Origin: a virus
Taxonomy: Duplodnaviria; Caudoviricetes
Reading direction: 5' to 3' (one strand)
DNA length: 61,632 nt
IMG/VR virus record: IMGVR_UViG_3300049783_001456
Coordinates: 1-61,632 of that record
Of this stretch, positions 19,244 through 27,707 are shown piece by piece. The notes under the pieces are model-generated. The model worked only from the letters and a program-made list of their open reading frames with translations. It did not search any database and had not been told where the DNA came from. The translations under genes were made by a program, and so were the position numbers. Position 1 is the stretch's first letter. Every line of letters starts with the position of its first letter.

Positions 19244-19668
19244 GGGGGAAATGGCAGGAGCAGAAAGCGTGCTCTGTAGATACGCACCGATACTTCTTCA
19301 ACTACCGGGAAGCAGCAGTGGCGAAGGCGAAGGCGATATGCGGTGGTTGCCCTGTCAAAGACGAGTGCCTCGACCACGCCATGAACGAACCAGAAGAACA
19401 TGGGCTCTGGGGTGGCCTCACCGAATCTGAGAGGGTGTCCCTGTCCCGCAGGGCGACCCCAACCTCAGGCTCGCGACCGCTCGAGCTTGTGACCTACACA
19501 ACCAGAGCTCGCTCCACGGGATCGACGTGCAGTGCAGGGAAGACAGACAGTGGTTGGGGGGTGTTGTGCGAGACCCATCATACCACTGCGGAGGCGCACA
19601 ACCGGACCGCAGCCGAGTACGCTGTGAGCCGTCCCGAGGAGTGGTGCGAGGGCTGCTCAGTAGTATGA
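19231..19668 (+). CDS. whiB: WhiB-family transcription factor with a C-terminal Cys/His extension
   Basis: WQEQKAC...AKAICGGCPVKDECL...GLWGGLTESER; extra CETH...WCEGC domain. Confidence 0.88.
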   Translation: MDTVRGKWQEQKACSVDTHRYFFNYREAAVAKAKAICGGCPVKDECLDHAMNEPEEHGLWGGLTESERVSLSRRATPTSGSRPLELVTYTTRARSTGSTCSAGKTDSGWGVLCETHHTTAEAHNRTAAEYAVSRPEEWCEGCSVV

Positions 19669-19724
19669 GGTGTGTGGAAGCTACTAGGTTTCGGCGATAG
19701 CGCACTCTATCTGAAGGACTGAAA

Positions 19725-20192
19725 TTGACTTCCGAACAAACCAACATAGCTTCGAAGTCGGAACTCATCAGTTGGGTTCGGCGGATAGCTCATTTCTTGG
19801 TAGGACCGTTCCCAACGTTCCTGCTGGGAGTATTCATGGTCATCCTCGGTGTAGCGACAAGCGGTGCCGGCAGCGACGGTCTGCCCCTGCAGGACTTCAT
19901 CGTCGTAATCTCTATCGGGGCAGGAGCTGCAGCTGTGTACGCTTCCGTGTTGTTCCGGGACCGCATGCGCCGCTCACATGTTATCATCGCGATCGTCCTC
20001 TCCACCTACTCAGTTATCCGAGGAACGTCCCTAGGAATCCTCAGCTACCGCAACAACGGACGGAGCTTCGTACGCCTCTTCACGGAAGCGACACCCCCAT
20101 GGGTGTGGGCTGTTGTTTGCACGTTCGCCCTGATAGCTTTGGGGATGCTCTTGACAGCTATCCTCGATGAAGAAACAGAACATGAGAGTTGA
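19725..20192 (+). CDS. Multi-pass membrane protein
   Basis: About 4 hydrophobic segments. Confidence 0.6.
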   Translation: MTSEQTNIASKSELISWVRRIAHFLVGPFPTFLLGVFMVILGVATSGAGSDGLPLQDFIVVISIGAGAAAVYASVLFRDRMRRSHVIIAIVLSTYSVIRGTSLGILSYRNNGRSFVRLFTEATPPWVWAVVCTFALIALGMLLTAILDEETEHES

Positions 20193-20419
20193 GGATGACG
20201 TTCAAGGATTTGATCCCGAAGCGCTCAACCGTCATGTTCACCGTCGGAATGGCAATCATCGTATGGTTCGCTGTAGACGAACGGGACATCGGTACAGAGT
20301 GGCTGTTCATCATTGGCGTCCTTCTCGGACTCCCTATGCTCGGACCTGACCAGTCTTGGGGCGATAGGCTGAGAGTCGCCATATCGAAAGACGAAACACC
20401 TACCCAAGGAGAGACATGA
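20189..20419 (+). CDS. Small membrane protein (holin-like)
   Basis: Two hydrophobic segments. Confidence 0.5.
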   Translation: MRMTFKDLIPKRSTVMFTVGMAIIVWFAVDERDIGTEWLFIIGVLLGLPMLGPDQSWGDRLRVAISKDETPTQGET

Positions 20420-20640
20420 AGAAACTGAATCTGGCCAACCCAGGCGAGAAGCCTTCCGGCTTCGTTGCCGACCTGACCCTCGTGACAGCAGCCGTGGTGG
20501 CCGTTGTGAGCGAGGTCGCGAGCTATGATATCCCAGGATCGCTGCTGGTGCTCGCCGCCCTGGTCGTCAAGCTGGTCGACAAGTATTACGTGCAGCCGAA
20601 GTCGAAGGCGGTCTTCGAGGCTGCCTTCCCTGCCCCATAG
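20416..20640 (+). CDS. Small membrane protein (holin-like)
   Basis: Two hydrophobic segments; AAGGAG RBS. Confidence 0.55.
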   Translation: MKKLNLANPGEKPSGFVADLTLVTAAVVAVVSEVASYDIPGSLLVLAALVVKLVDKYYVQPKSKAVFEAAFPAP

Positions 20641-20697
20641 ATCCCCGCTACCACGGGACCGTGCGCCACTCCTCTCCTGTGGGTGAGCGCACGAAGA

Positions 20698-20741
20698 GAA
20701 CGACCCCCACCGCTTTCATGGGCAGGCAGTGGGGGTCGTTC
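20698..20741 (+). terminator. Hairpin, probable terminator
   Basis: GAACGACCCCCAC / GTGGGGGTCGTTC 13-bp stem after the membrane-protein genes. Confidence 0.55.
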
Positions 20742-20931
20742 GCCGTTTCGAGCTCAGTACAAGAAAGTTCCTGCTTGGGGTAGGTTTAGCAGGAACTAGA
20801 AGGTAAGATGATTGTGGTGCTGATAGACTGATCGTAGAAATACTTCTTGCTAGGGGTAGCTTTCCAGGATGTGTTGCGGTATCATGATGTACATAGCCAA
20901 CGGGGCTATCACCGAGCAAGGGAGCAAGACC

Positions 20932-21237
20932 ATGGAAGCCAAGATAAATGCGACCGTCTGGGATACCGAGCACACGGGCAGGACCCGCAAAGTCATCGCC
21001 GACGTGCACGAGGCCTTCGAGCTCGACCTCGGAGAATTCCTGATATCGTCTTTCCAAGGGTTCATCACTATCGGAAGGTTCACAGGGCGCACACGCCGGT
21101 TCTGGCACCACGCCTGCCCGACGATCGAGCGTTTCGAGGTAGATACCTTCGCCACCACCGAGGGTGTAATCATGGGACGCAAGGGCATGCGCCTCGCCGG
21201 CACCTTGGCCATCCGCCCTGAAAATACTTCCTGCTAG
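20932..21237 (+). CDS. Hypothetical early cassette protein
   Basis: ATG after the element RBS (the ORF track start lies inside the repeat). Confidence 0.7.
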   Translation: MEAKINATVWDTEHTGRTRKVIADVHEAFELDLGEFLISSFQGFITIGRFTGRTRRFWHHACPTIERFEVDTFATTEGVIMGRKGMRLAGTLAIRPENTSC

Positions 21238-21314
21238 AGGTAGCTTTCCAGGATGTGTTGCGGTATCATGATATACATAGCCAACGGGGCTATCACCTAA
21301 CAAGGAGCAAAGCC

Positions 21315-21476
21315 ATGAAGTTCAAAGTCGGAGATCGCCTCTTCCGTGAATATTCGGTGAAAAATTACGTCTTGATGTCAACCCACGTTGATGCCTACGG
21401 CAGCGTCTCGGTGCTTTCCATGGGTGCGTTTGAAATCGTCCCGCTGGAAGGTCTTCAAGTTCGCCCGGTCCACTGA
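21315..21476 (+). CDS. Small beta-rich protein, paralog of 21877..22056
   Basis: MKFKVGDRLF...STHVDAYGSVSV; ATG after the element. Confidence 0.7.
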   Translation: MKFKVGDRLFREYSVKNYVLMSTHVDAYGSVSVLSMGAFEIVPLEGLQVRPVH

Positions 21477-21579
21477 GAAACATCCTGGAAAGTTGCCTTT
21501 CGGGGTAGCTTTCCAGGATGGGTTGCGCTATCATGATGTACATAGCCAACGGGGCTGTCAACTAGCAAGGAGAAACACC

Positions 21580-21768
21580 ATGAACGAGAAATGCGAATTC
21601 TGCAAGCGGACTCTCACGCCCGACCTGAGCCCGGGATGGTTCTACTACCGGTCCGAGATCGGGGCCACCGAGCCGGTCGAGCACATCGGAGCCACCGAGC
21701 ACGTTGCCTGCCGTAGCTGCCTCGAGGAGAACTTCGGGCACCGCCCAGAGGCCATCCTCGAAGTCTGA
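21580..21768 (+). CDS. Small CxxC...CxxC zinc-binding protein
   Basis: CEFC...CRSC; ATG after the element. Confidence 0.7.
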   Translation: MNEKCEFCKRTLTPDLSPGWFYYRSEIGATEPVEHIGATEHVACRSCLEENFGHRPEAILEV

Positions 21769-21876
21769 TAGAAAGTTCCTGGGAAGTTTGCCCTCTGAGG
21801 TAGCTTTCCAGGAACCTACCGACTATACTCAACTCAGCTGGCCAACGGGGCCAGCCACTAGCAAGGAGAGACCAAC

Positions 21877-22056
21877 ATGGGAACCAACCACGGTGACGAT
21901 CAGATGATCGCCGGGGACAAGTTCTGGCACAACAACTCGATGAAGCCGGTTGAGCTCGCCTCGACTTTCGTCGACACCTACGGACGGGTCGCAGTCATCG
22001 CCGCCAGCGGAGTCTTGCTACTCGTCCACCTCGGAGAGTTGGAGCCGGCATCGTGA
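21877..22056 (+). CDS. Small beta-rich protein, paralog of 21315..21476
   Basis: Manual translation MGTNHGDDQMIAGDKFW...STFVDTYGRVAV. Confidence 0.65.
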   Translation: MGTNHGDDQMIAGDKFWHNNSMKPVELASTFVDTYGRVAVIAASGVLLLVHLGELEPAS

Positions 22057-22424
22057 GGTACCTCTACCGCCTGCTCTCGATCGCTGGGACGTTCAAGGCT
22101 GCCCGGCGAGGCCCAGGTTCCCTCGGACGGAGACAGGGACGTAGGGTAGCGAATCGGCACTTCAACCGCTGGCTGCGGAAGGTGCTGAAGCCGTGAACGT
22201 CTTCTTCGGTATCTGCTCTATCTACTCTGGTGTCTGGTTCTTTACCCAACGCACCCACTGGGTACACGCCTTCATGGGTGTCCTGTTCATCTTGTCGGGA
22301 GCGCTGTTCATCCTGCCGTCGGTAATTTCTTGAATACTTCTTGGTTGGGGTAGCTTTTCAGGAACCAGCCCGCTATCATGATGTACATAGCCAACGGGGC
22401 TATCACCTAGCAAGGAGCCAGACC

Positions 22425-22691
22425 ATGAACGCACCGCAGATCCCCGGCACAACAGAATGCAACACCTGCTACGGCACCACGACAATCGACCAGGGTGGCG
22501 CAGAGATCAACTGCCCGGACTGCCCGGTAGCAGAGAACTTCGAAGTAACGACCGTATGGGAGAACGTCTCCGGTCGCGAGTTCACCCGCACTAAGAGCTA
22601 CCGGGCAGCCTGGGTCGCCGACGCTATGGACCTTGCCCTTGGCGACATGCCCGAGTCCTGCAGCGAAATTGTCGATCAGTACCTGGCCTGA
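22425..22691 (+). CDS. Small zinc-ribbon-containing protein
   Basis: CNTCYG...CPDC; ATG after the element. Confidence 0.7.
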   Translation: MNAPQIPGTTECNTCYGTTTIDQGGAEINCPDCPVAENFEVTTVWENVSGREFTRTKSYRAAWVADAMDLALGDMPESCSEIVDQYLA

Positions 22692-22794
22692 GGAAGTTTC
22701 AAAATACTTCTTGGTTGGGGTAGCTTTCCAGGAACCAGCCCGCTATCATGATGTACATAGCCAACGGGGCTATCACCTACCAAGGAGAACAGCC

Positions 22795-22935
22795 ATGACG
22801 AAGAAGCCAGCAATTGACCCCAAGAACCCACTGACCTGGGAGCGCAGCCTTCACGGCAAGAGCACTTGCCCCACCTGCGGTGGCAAGGGCATGCGCCATA
22901 TCCCGGGCTGGGTTGCACGCCACGTCAACCACTGA
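22795..22935 (+). CDS. Small C2H2-like protein
   Basis: CPTC...H..H; ATG after the element. Confidence 0.65.
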   Translation: MTKKPAIDPKNPLTWERSLHGKSTCPTCGGKGMRHIPGWVARHVNH

Positions 22936-22946
22936 GCTCGAACAGC

Positions 22947-22976
22947 CCGGAGGAGGGGCTCAGTTCCCTCCTCCGG
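22947..22976 (+). terminator. GC-rich hairpin (terminator or processing site)
   Basis: CCGGAGGAGGG / CCCTCCTCCGG 11-bp stem. Confidence 0.5.
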
Positions 22977-23028
22977 TCCCGTAACAACTTCCCAGCCCAG
23001 TAGGGCCACAACCACAAGGAGCAACACC

Positions 23029-23232
23029 GTGAACGCAACAGACCAGATCAGCAGCGACTACCGCGAGTTGATCGAAGGATCCAACCTCGACTGGAAGGTC
23101 GCCCAGTACGTCAATCTGATAGCCAAGGCGTGCGACCACAGTTTCAACGAGGTCAAGGCAGCCGCCATCCGCGAGATCGGAATCACCCAGCACGGGCAGG
23201 AGGAGTTCGACACAGCCTGCGATCGCTACTGA
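23029..23232 (+). CDS. Hypothetical protein
   Basis: AAGGAG RBS, GTG start. Confidence 0.65.
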   Translation: MNATDQISSDYRELIEGSNLDWKVAQYVNLIAKACDHSFNEVKAAAIREIGITQHGQEEFDTACDRY

Positions 23233-23352
23233 GCTCGGAACCCCAACCGGGAAGTTTCAAAATACTTCTTGGTTGGGGTAGCTTTCCCGCACCGGTTGAG
23301 CTATCATGATGTACATAGCCAACGGGGCTATCACCTAACAGGGAGAACCGCA

Positions 23353-23532
23353 ATGAACGCAACAGACATCCTTATCGAAAACTTCGGATATGGAAAAGAC
23401 CTCTCGACGGTCACCCTCGCCGAGATCGAAGACGCCTTCACTTCCGCAGGGTACAGCGAGGAAGACGCCCAAGAAGAAGCGGCCATGCAGGACGGGCGAA
23501 TCCTCCCCCGCAAGATCCGGATCCACCGATGA
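23353..23532 (+). CDS. Small acidic protein
   Basis: ATG after the element. Confidence 0.65.
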   Translation: MNATDILIENFGYGKDLSTVTLAEIEDAFTSAGYSEEDAQEEAAMQDGRILPRKIRIHR

Positions 23533-24239
23533 GCCTCGAAGCCACCATCGCCAAGCTGCTCGCCAAGGCAGAGGGAACCACCAACCAGCACGAGGCAGAA
23601 GCCTTCATGGCCAAGGCCGAGGAGATGATGCTGAAGAACGGCATCGACCGAGCTGCCGCCGAAGCCCACCTGCCGGGACACCGTCGGGAAGAGATCGTCA
23701 CGGTCCGCTGGCGCATCAAGAACGGCCATGGGTACGCCTTGGCCATGGAAGACATCGCCCACGCCATGGCTCCGAACTTCTCTATCAAGTCCTTCCAGAC
23801 CGTCATGGACGACGGCAGCCGGATCATTTGGTACGTCGGCCACGAGAGCGATGTCAAGCAGGCAGAGGAGCTTGCCCAGTCCCTTATCGCCCAGAGCCGT
23901 ACACAGGCGCTGCATTGGTGGAAGACCGAAGGCAAGCAGGATTGCCCAGGGTACACCGACAACGATGCGTACATCGCTCGCCGCCAGTTCATCTCTTCGT
24001 TCGGCTTCGGGGCAGGGGCACGCCTTCGGGAGACACGCAGCCGTGTCGTCGAGGAATCCGACCCCGGCACTTCCCTCATGCTCGTTGACCGTAAGAAACT
24101 GGTCAACACGTGGGTTGACGAGAACATGAACGTCGGCAAGGCACGCCGGACCAACCCCCACAGCGGGAGCGACTCCGCAGCACGAGCAGGACGCTCGGCA
24201 GGCCGTGAAGCGGTCGGAACCAAGAAGGTGACACGATGA
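23529..24239 (+). CDS. DUF2786-domain protein
   Basis: IAKLLAKAEGTTNQHEAEAFMAKAEEMMLKNGID N-terminal signature. Confidence 0.8.
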   Translation: MSLEATIAKLLAKAEGTTNQHEAEAFMAKAEEMMLKNGIDRAAAEAHLPGHRREEIVTVRWRIKNGHGYALAMEDIAHAMAPNFSIKSFQTVMDDGSRIIWYVGHESDVKQAEELAQSLIAQSRTQALHWWKTEGKQDCPGYTDNDAYIARRQFISSFGFGAGARLRETRSRVVEESDPGTSLMLVDRKKLVNTWVDENMNVGKARRTNPHSGSDSAARAGRSAGREAVGTKKVTR

Positions 24240-24580
24240 TATCAAGCAAGAAGATCGAGCCAGGTCTCTACGAAACGGAAGACGGCCACAGGATCGAGAG
24301 CGTCGAGCACCGGACCGGGGAAGTTGTCAATGGGTGGCTACTCACATATTCAGGGGACGACGAGCCGGAAGATCACGTGTACGAGACCAAGGCTTCAGCC
24401 TTGTCCCAGCTCGACGACAGCGTCCCGCTGGAGTGGCCAACGTGGACGTGCACCGCGAAGGGTTGCGACTACTCGAGCCAACAGCCTCCAGGCGTGTTGG
24501 CGATGGAACATCTTTGCGGCAAAGGGAAGCGCTCGACAAAGCTGAAGAAGGAAGAAGTCGATGGGTACGACCTAATCTGA
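24236..24580 (+). CDS. Two-domain hypothetical protein
   Basis: N-half resembles 35973..36161; C-half resembles 12475..12609. Confidence 0.65.
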   Translation: MISSKKIEPGLYETEDGHRIESVEHRTGEVVNGWLLTYSGDDEPEDHVYETKASALSQLDDSVPLEWPTWTCTAKGCDYSSQQPPGVLAMEHLCGKGKRSTKLKKEEVDGYDLI

Positions 24581-24673
24581 AGAAACTTCCTGATTGGGGT
24601 AGCTTTCCAGCTACCGGTCCGCTATCATGATGTACATAGCCAACGGGGCTATCAACTAGCAAGGAGCAACACA

Positions 24674-24913
24674 ATGAACGCAGATGATATTCGCCGCACC
24701 ATCCAAATCATTACTCAAGACTCTCTGATAGATTCTGCAAGCTGCCAGGTTCCAACAGCCTGCAACCTGGCAGAAGCAGGCGCCAGCCGTCGGCAGCTTG
24801 ACAACGCCATCCAGAAGCTGGGTCTCGACGACACCCAGTGGTCCAAGATGTTTCGCCAGGTGTTTGACAACGCAATAAAGGCAGCAGCAGCCCACGCAGG
24901 TGATGACCAATGA
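24674..24913 (+). CDS. Hypothetical protein
   Basis: ATG after the element. Confidence 0.65.
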   Translation: MNADDIRRTIQIITQDSLIDSASCQVPTACNLAEAGASRRQLDNAIQKLGLDDTQWSKMFRQVFDNAIKAAAAHAGDDQ

Positions 24914-25067
24914 GAAGCCGTTACAAGTACCGCAGGCCATTGCCACTGGCACCAACGCCTGAACCCTTGTTCACACGGGGCGAGCGGGCAGCCTTGGTGG
25001 GCATTGCCCTGTTCGTGGCCTACCTGACAGTGCACGTCATCGCCGCAATGGCAACCGGGAACCTGTC

Positions 25068-25403
25068 ATGAGCACCTTCGGGAATCCCCAAGGCCCACGC
25101 CAACACCCAGGGCACCTTCACGATTCTGTGTGCCATGTGGTGGGGTGCCCCGAGGGGATGTTTAAGGGTGAAGACCCCATCGCACCTGTCGTGAAGACCT
25201 ACGGAAAGTTGAGCGCCGAGATCAACACCGAAGACGAAGACTTCAAGGTGTTCTGCAGAGGCTGGGATGCCGCTGTTCGGTGCCACTCTATAGCAGCCCA
25301 CGAACGCAACGAGCGCCGTGACCTCGACTCGTCTACCTACTCCATGGCCCAGGAAGCCCAGCTGTGGGGGTTCTACACTGGCCAGATCTCGATCCCGAAA
25401 TGA
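25068..25403 (+). CDS. Hypothetical protein
   Basis: ORF in the early-gene run. Confidence 0.5.
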   Translation: MSTFGNPQGPRQHPGHLHDSVCHVVGCPEGMFKGEDPIAPVVKTYGKLSAEINTEDEDFKVFCRGWDAAVRCHSIAAHERNERRDLDSSTYSMAQEAQLWGFYTGQISIPK

Positions 25404-25638
25404 GCCGGAGCGCAGCCAGTCAAGCAGCAGCAAGGTATGCGAACCTCAAGCGTGTTCGCCGCAACAAGATGAACATCTGCGAAGTCTGCCTCCTCTGGGT
25501 CTACACCGACCAGAAGAGCACTTGGATGATCCTGCGAGGGGACGCCATCCGAATCCACGAAGAATGTCGCCCGGTCTCCTAGAGGCTGGGGTATGCTCTA
25601 CCAGAGGCCAACAAGGCCCACGAACAGAAGGGAAAAGA

Positions 25639-26094
25639 ATGAGCACTTTCAGTGTTGAAGATAGCTTCGGACGGAGCACCAATTTCAAAGGTTCTCTCTT
25701 GGCCGACGAGACAACCGACAACGATAACGAGCGGAAGCCACAGTGGTCCGACGTCGAAGTCTGGGTTACAGAAGCCGGAAACTTCGTCGTCCGCCGGACC
25801 AGCAATTACCGGATACGCCACAACCATGTTGGTTGCACCCGTGCCGAGGGGTTCACCTTGATCGAAGCAGACGAATCAGACACCTACCTCTGCCCAACAT
25901 GTGGAGCCGACGGTAACAGTCTGCACGCCCAGGAAGCTAGAGTGTCAGTTCAGCACTACTTGGACCTGAAGAGTTTCGTAGAGAGCTTCCAGCAGGACGG
26001 TCGGTACAGCCAATTCGCAAGGACGGTTCTCTCCAACATTTCCGACCAGAACGACGCTGTGAACAACTTCTGGAACACGGTCCACGTCGAATGA
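25639..26094 (+). CDS. Hypothetical protein with a Zn-ribbon insert
   Basis: Preceded by TATGCT-N7-AGGCC-AACAA-GGCC and AAGGGA; H..GC...CPTC. Confidence 0.65.
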   Translation: MSTFSVEDSFGRSTNFKGSLLADETTDNDNERKPQWSDVEVWVTEAGNFVVRRTSNYRIRHNHVGCTRAEGFTLIEADESDTYLCPTCGADGNSLHAQEARVSVQHYLDLKSFVESFQQDGRYSQFARTVLSNISDQNDAVNNFWNTVHVE

Positions 26095-26273
26095 TCAACT
26101 ACCTGAAGAGGCAGGAGAAGAGCCGGGAGGCGCTCCAGAAAGCTGTAAGAGGATACGTCAACCTCCGGGCTGGCCATGGCTCCCACACCACGGTCGTTCC
26201 GGCGAAGGACAGGTCCGGCAGGTCGGTAGAAGTTCTGGTTACTCTGGATATTATCTCCGTAGAAACAACGTAA
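26091..26273 (+). CDS. Hypothetical protein
   Basis: ATGA overlap. Confidence 0.45.
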   Translation: MINYLKRQEKSREALQKAVRGYVNLRAGHGSHTTVVPAKDRSGRSVEVLVTLDIISVETT

Positions 26274-26340
26274 GTCAATCTCGTGGGGTAGGCTCCACAT
26301 CAAGCGCCAACGAGGCGCACCAAATCGAACAGGAGAAAGT

Positions 26341-27516
26341 ATGACTCTCACACCCAATGAAGACCAGCAACAAGCGCTCGAATCGATACACGACTGGTTC
26401 GGCTCGAACACGGACAAGCCGTTCGTACTTGGGGGACTAGCAGGCACAGGCAAGACCGCACTGCTACCGATGCTCCACCAGAGCTTCTCTAAGACGCCTC
26501 GAATCCGCTACGTCTGCCCGACGTGGAAGGCAGCTCACGTACTGACCAAGAAGCTCAATGCGGCTGGTGTCGGGGCTTCAGCAACCTCTATCCACAACTT
26601 GATCTACAACCCAAAGGGAATCCTCCACGACGAGGATTGCGGTATCTGGGACAACCCTGAAGACGGCTGCACCATATCGCCTCCTTGCCGCCAGCTGTGC
26701 TGGGAGTACGACCCCAAGGACCGTCCCGAGCTCCTCATCGTAGACGAAGCCTCGATGGTGGACCCTCGCCAACGTGAAGACATCGCTCGTTTAGGCAGCC
26801 CGACCCTCTACGTCGGCGACCACGGCCAGCTCCCACCGGTACAAGGCAACTCAGTCTTCGACGAACGGAAGCCTGACGCCTTGCTGGAGCGCATTCAACG
26901 GCAAGCCTTGGACAGCCCGATCATCCCACTCAGCCGCATCATCCGGTCGGGTGACTCAAAGTGGTTGCGGCAAGCAGAGGCACTTGGGTTCAAGGTTCTT
27001 GATTCTGGTTCCAAGAGCACCGATAGGTATGACCCGAAGGCAGCGTTGCCACCTCACAGCGACCCGCAGACTGTCTTCATCGCAGCTACCAACTTCGGCG
27101 TCGACAAGTTGAACGCTCTCGTTCGCCGGGTGCTCGAACGAGGCCCAGGCAACCTTGTTCCTGGCGAGCTGGTTATGGCCCAGAACAACAACCGCAAGAC
27201 CGGCATCTACAACGGTCAGCAAGGCGTCATCAAAGACGTCAAGAAGTACGGCAACCAGGTGTCGATCGACTTGGTGATGGAGACCGGTATCCGGTACACA
27301 GGACCTGTCCTCCTCAAAGGTGTGGACGACATTCCGCAACATACTGACACGCCAGTCATTCGGCACAGCTACGCAGTGACTTGCCACAAGGCACAGGGCA
27401 GCGAGTTCAAGAACGTCGTAGTGTACTTGGCCAACTCCCGACCTGAGACCACACGGTGGCTCTACACCGCAGTCACCAGGGCCACGACCAACCTGACTTT
27501 CGTCCGGGCATTCTGA
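26341..27516 (+). CDS. SF1B (Dda/RecD-like) DNA helicase
   Basis: GLAGTGKT, IVDEASMV, VGDHGQLPPV, YAVTCHKAQGSE, WLYTAVTRA. Confidence 0.92.
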   Translation: MTLTPNEDQQQALESIHDWFGSNTDKPFVLGGLAGTGKTALLPMLHQSFSKTPRIRYVCPTWKAAHVLTKKLNAAGVGASATSIHNLIYNPKGILHDEDCGIWDNPEDGCTISPPCRQLCWEYDPKDRPELLIVDEASMVDPRQREDIARLGSPTLYVGDHGQLPPVQGNSVFDERKPDALLERIQRQALDSPIIPLSRIIRSGDSKWLRQAEALGFKVLDSGSKSTDRYDPKAALPPHSDPQTVFIAATNFGVDKLNALVRRVLERGPGNLVPGELVMAQNNNRKTGIYNGQQGVIKDVKKYGNQVSIDLVMETGIRYTGPVLLKGVDDIPQHTDTPVIRHSYAVTCHKAQGSEFKNVVVYLANSRPETTRWLYTAVTRATTNLTFVRAF

Positions 27517-27707
27517 TGGCCATCAACCGGGAGTTCATCGCCCACATGGACAGGGCGTTCAAGGAAGCAGAAGACAGCGACAGGCAGACTGCAGAGCAGC
27601 TGTGCGCAAGCAACACAGGTTCGTTTATCGAGCTGATCGCCGAGCTGGAAGCGCTGCTACCATGCGAGGACCTAGAGGGTTGCTGCGAGTGTGGGGTTGA
27701 GCAGTGA
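27516..27707 (+). CDS. Hypothetical protein
   Basis: Coupled ORF between the two helicases. Confidence 0.45.
   Translation: MAINREFIAHMDRAFKEAEDSDRQTAEQLCASNTGSFIELIAELEALLPCEDLEGCCECGVEQ

Larger units (their letters stand above)
20766..24673 (+). repeat. Array of composite promoter-hairpin-RBS elements separating small genes; copies near 20766, 20840, 21222, 21481, 21775, 22333, 22700, 23258 and 24582
   Basis: Consensus AAATACTTCYTGGTTGGGGTAGCTTTCCAGGA-N10-TATCATGATGTACATAGCCAACGGGGCTATCACCTARCAAGGAG-N7/8-ATG. Confidence 0.92.

Noticed and set aside
20869-20931. Shared N-terminal peptides (MMYIANGA / YHDVHSQRGYH) in several listed ORFs
   Set aside because: They are translations of the non-coding repeat element; the true starts follow the AAGGAG RBS.
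20766-24673. Repeat array as a CRISPR array or integron
   Set aside because: The spacers are whole genes of variable length and the repeats contain -10 and RBS motifs. No cas operon or integron integrase is seen, and the Cas4-like gene belongs to the usual PolA/SSB replication module.
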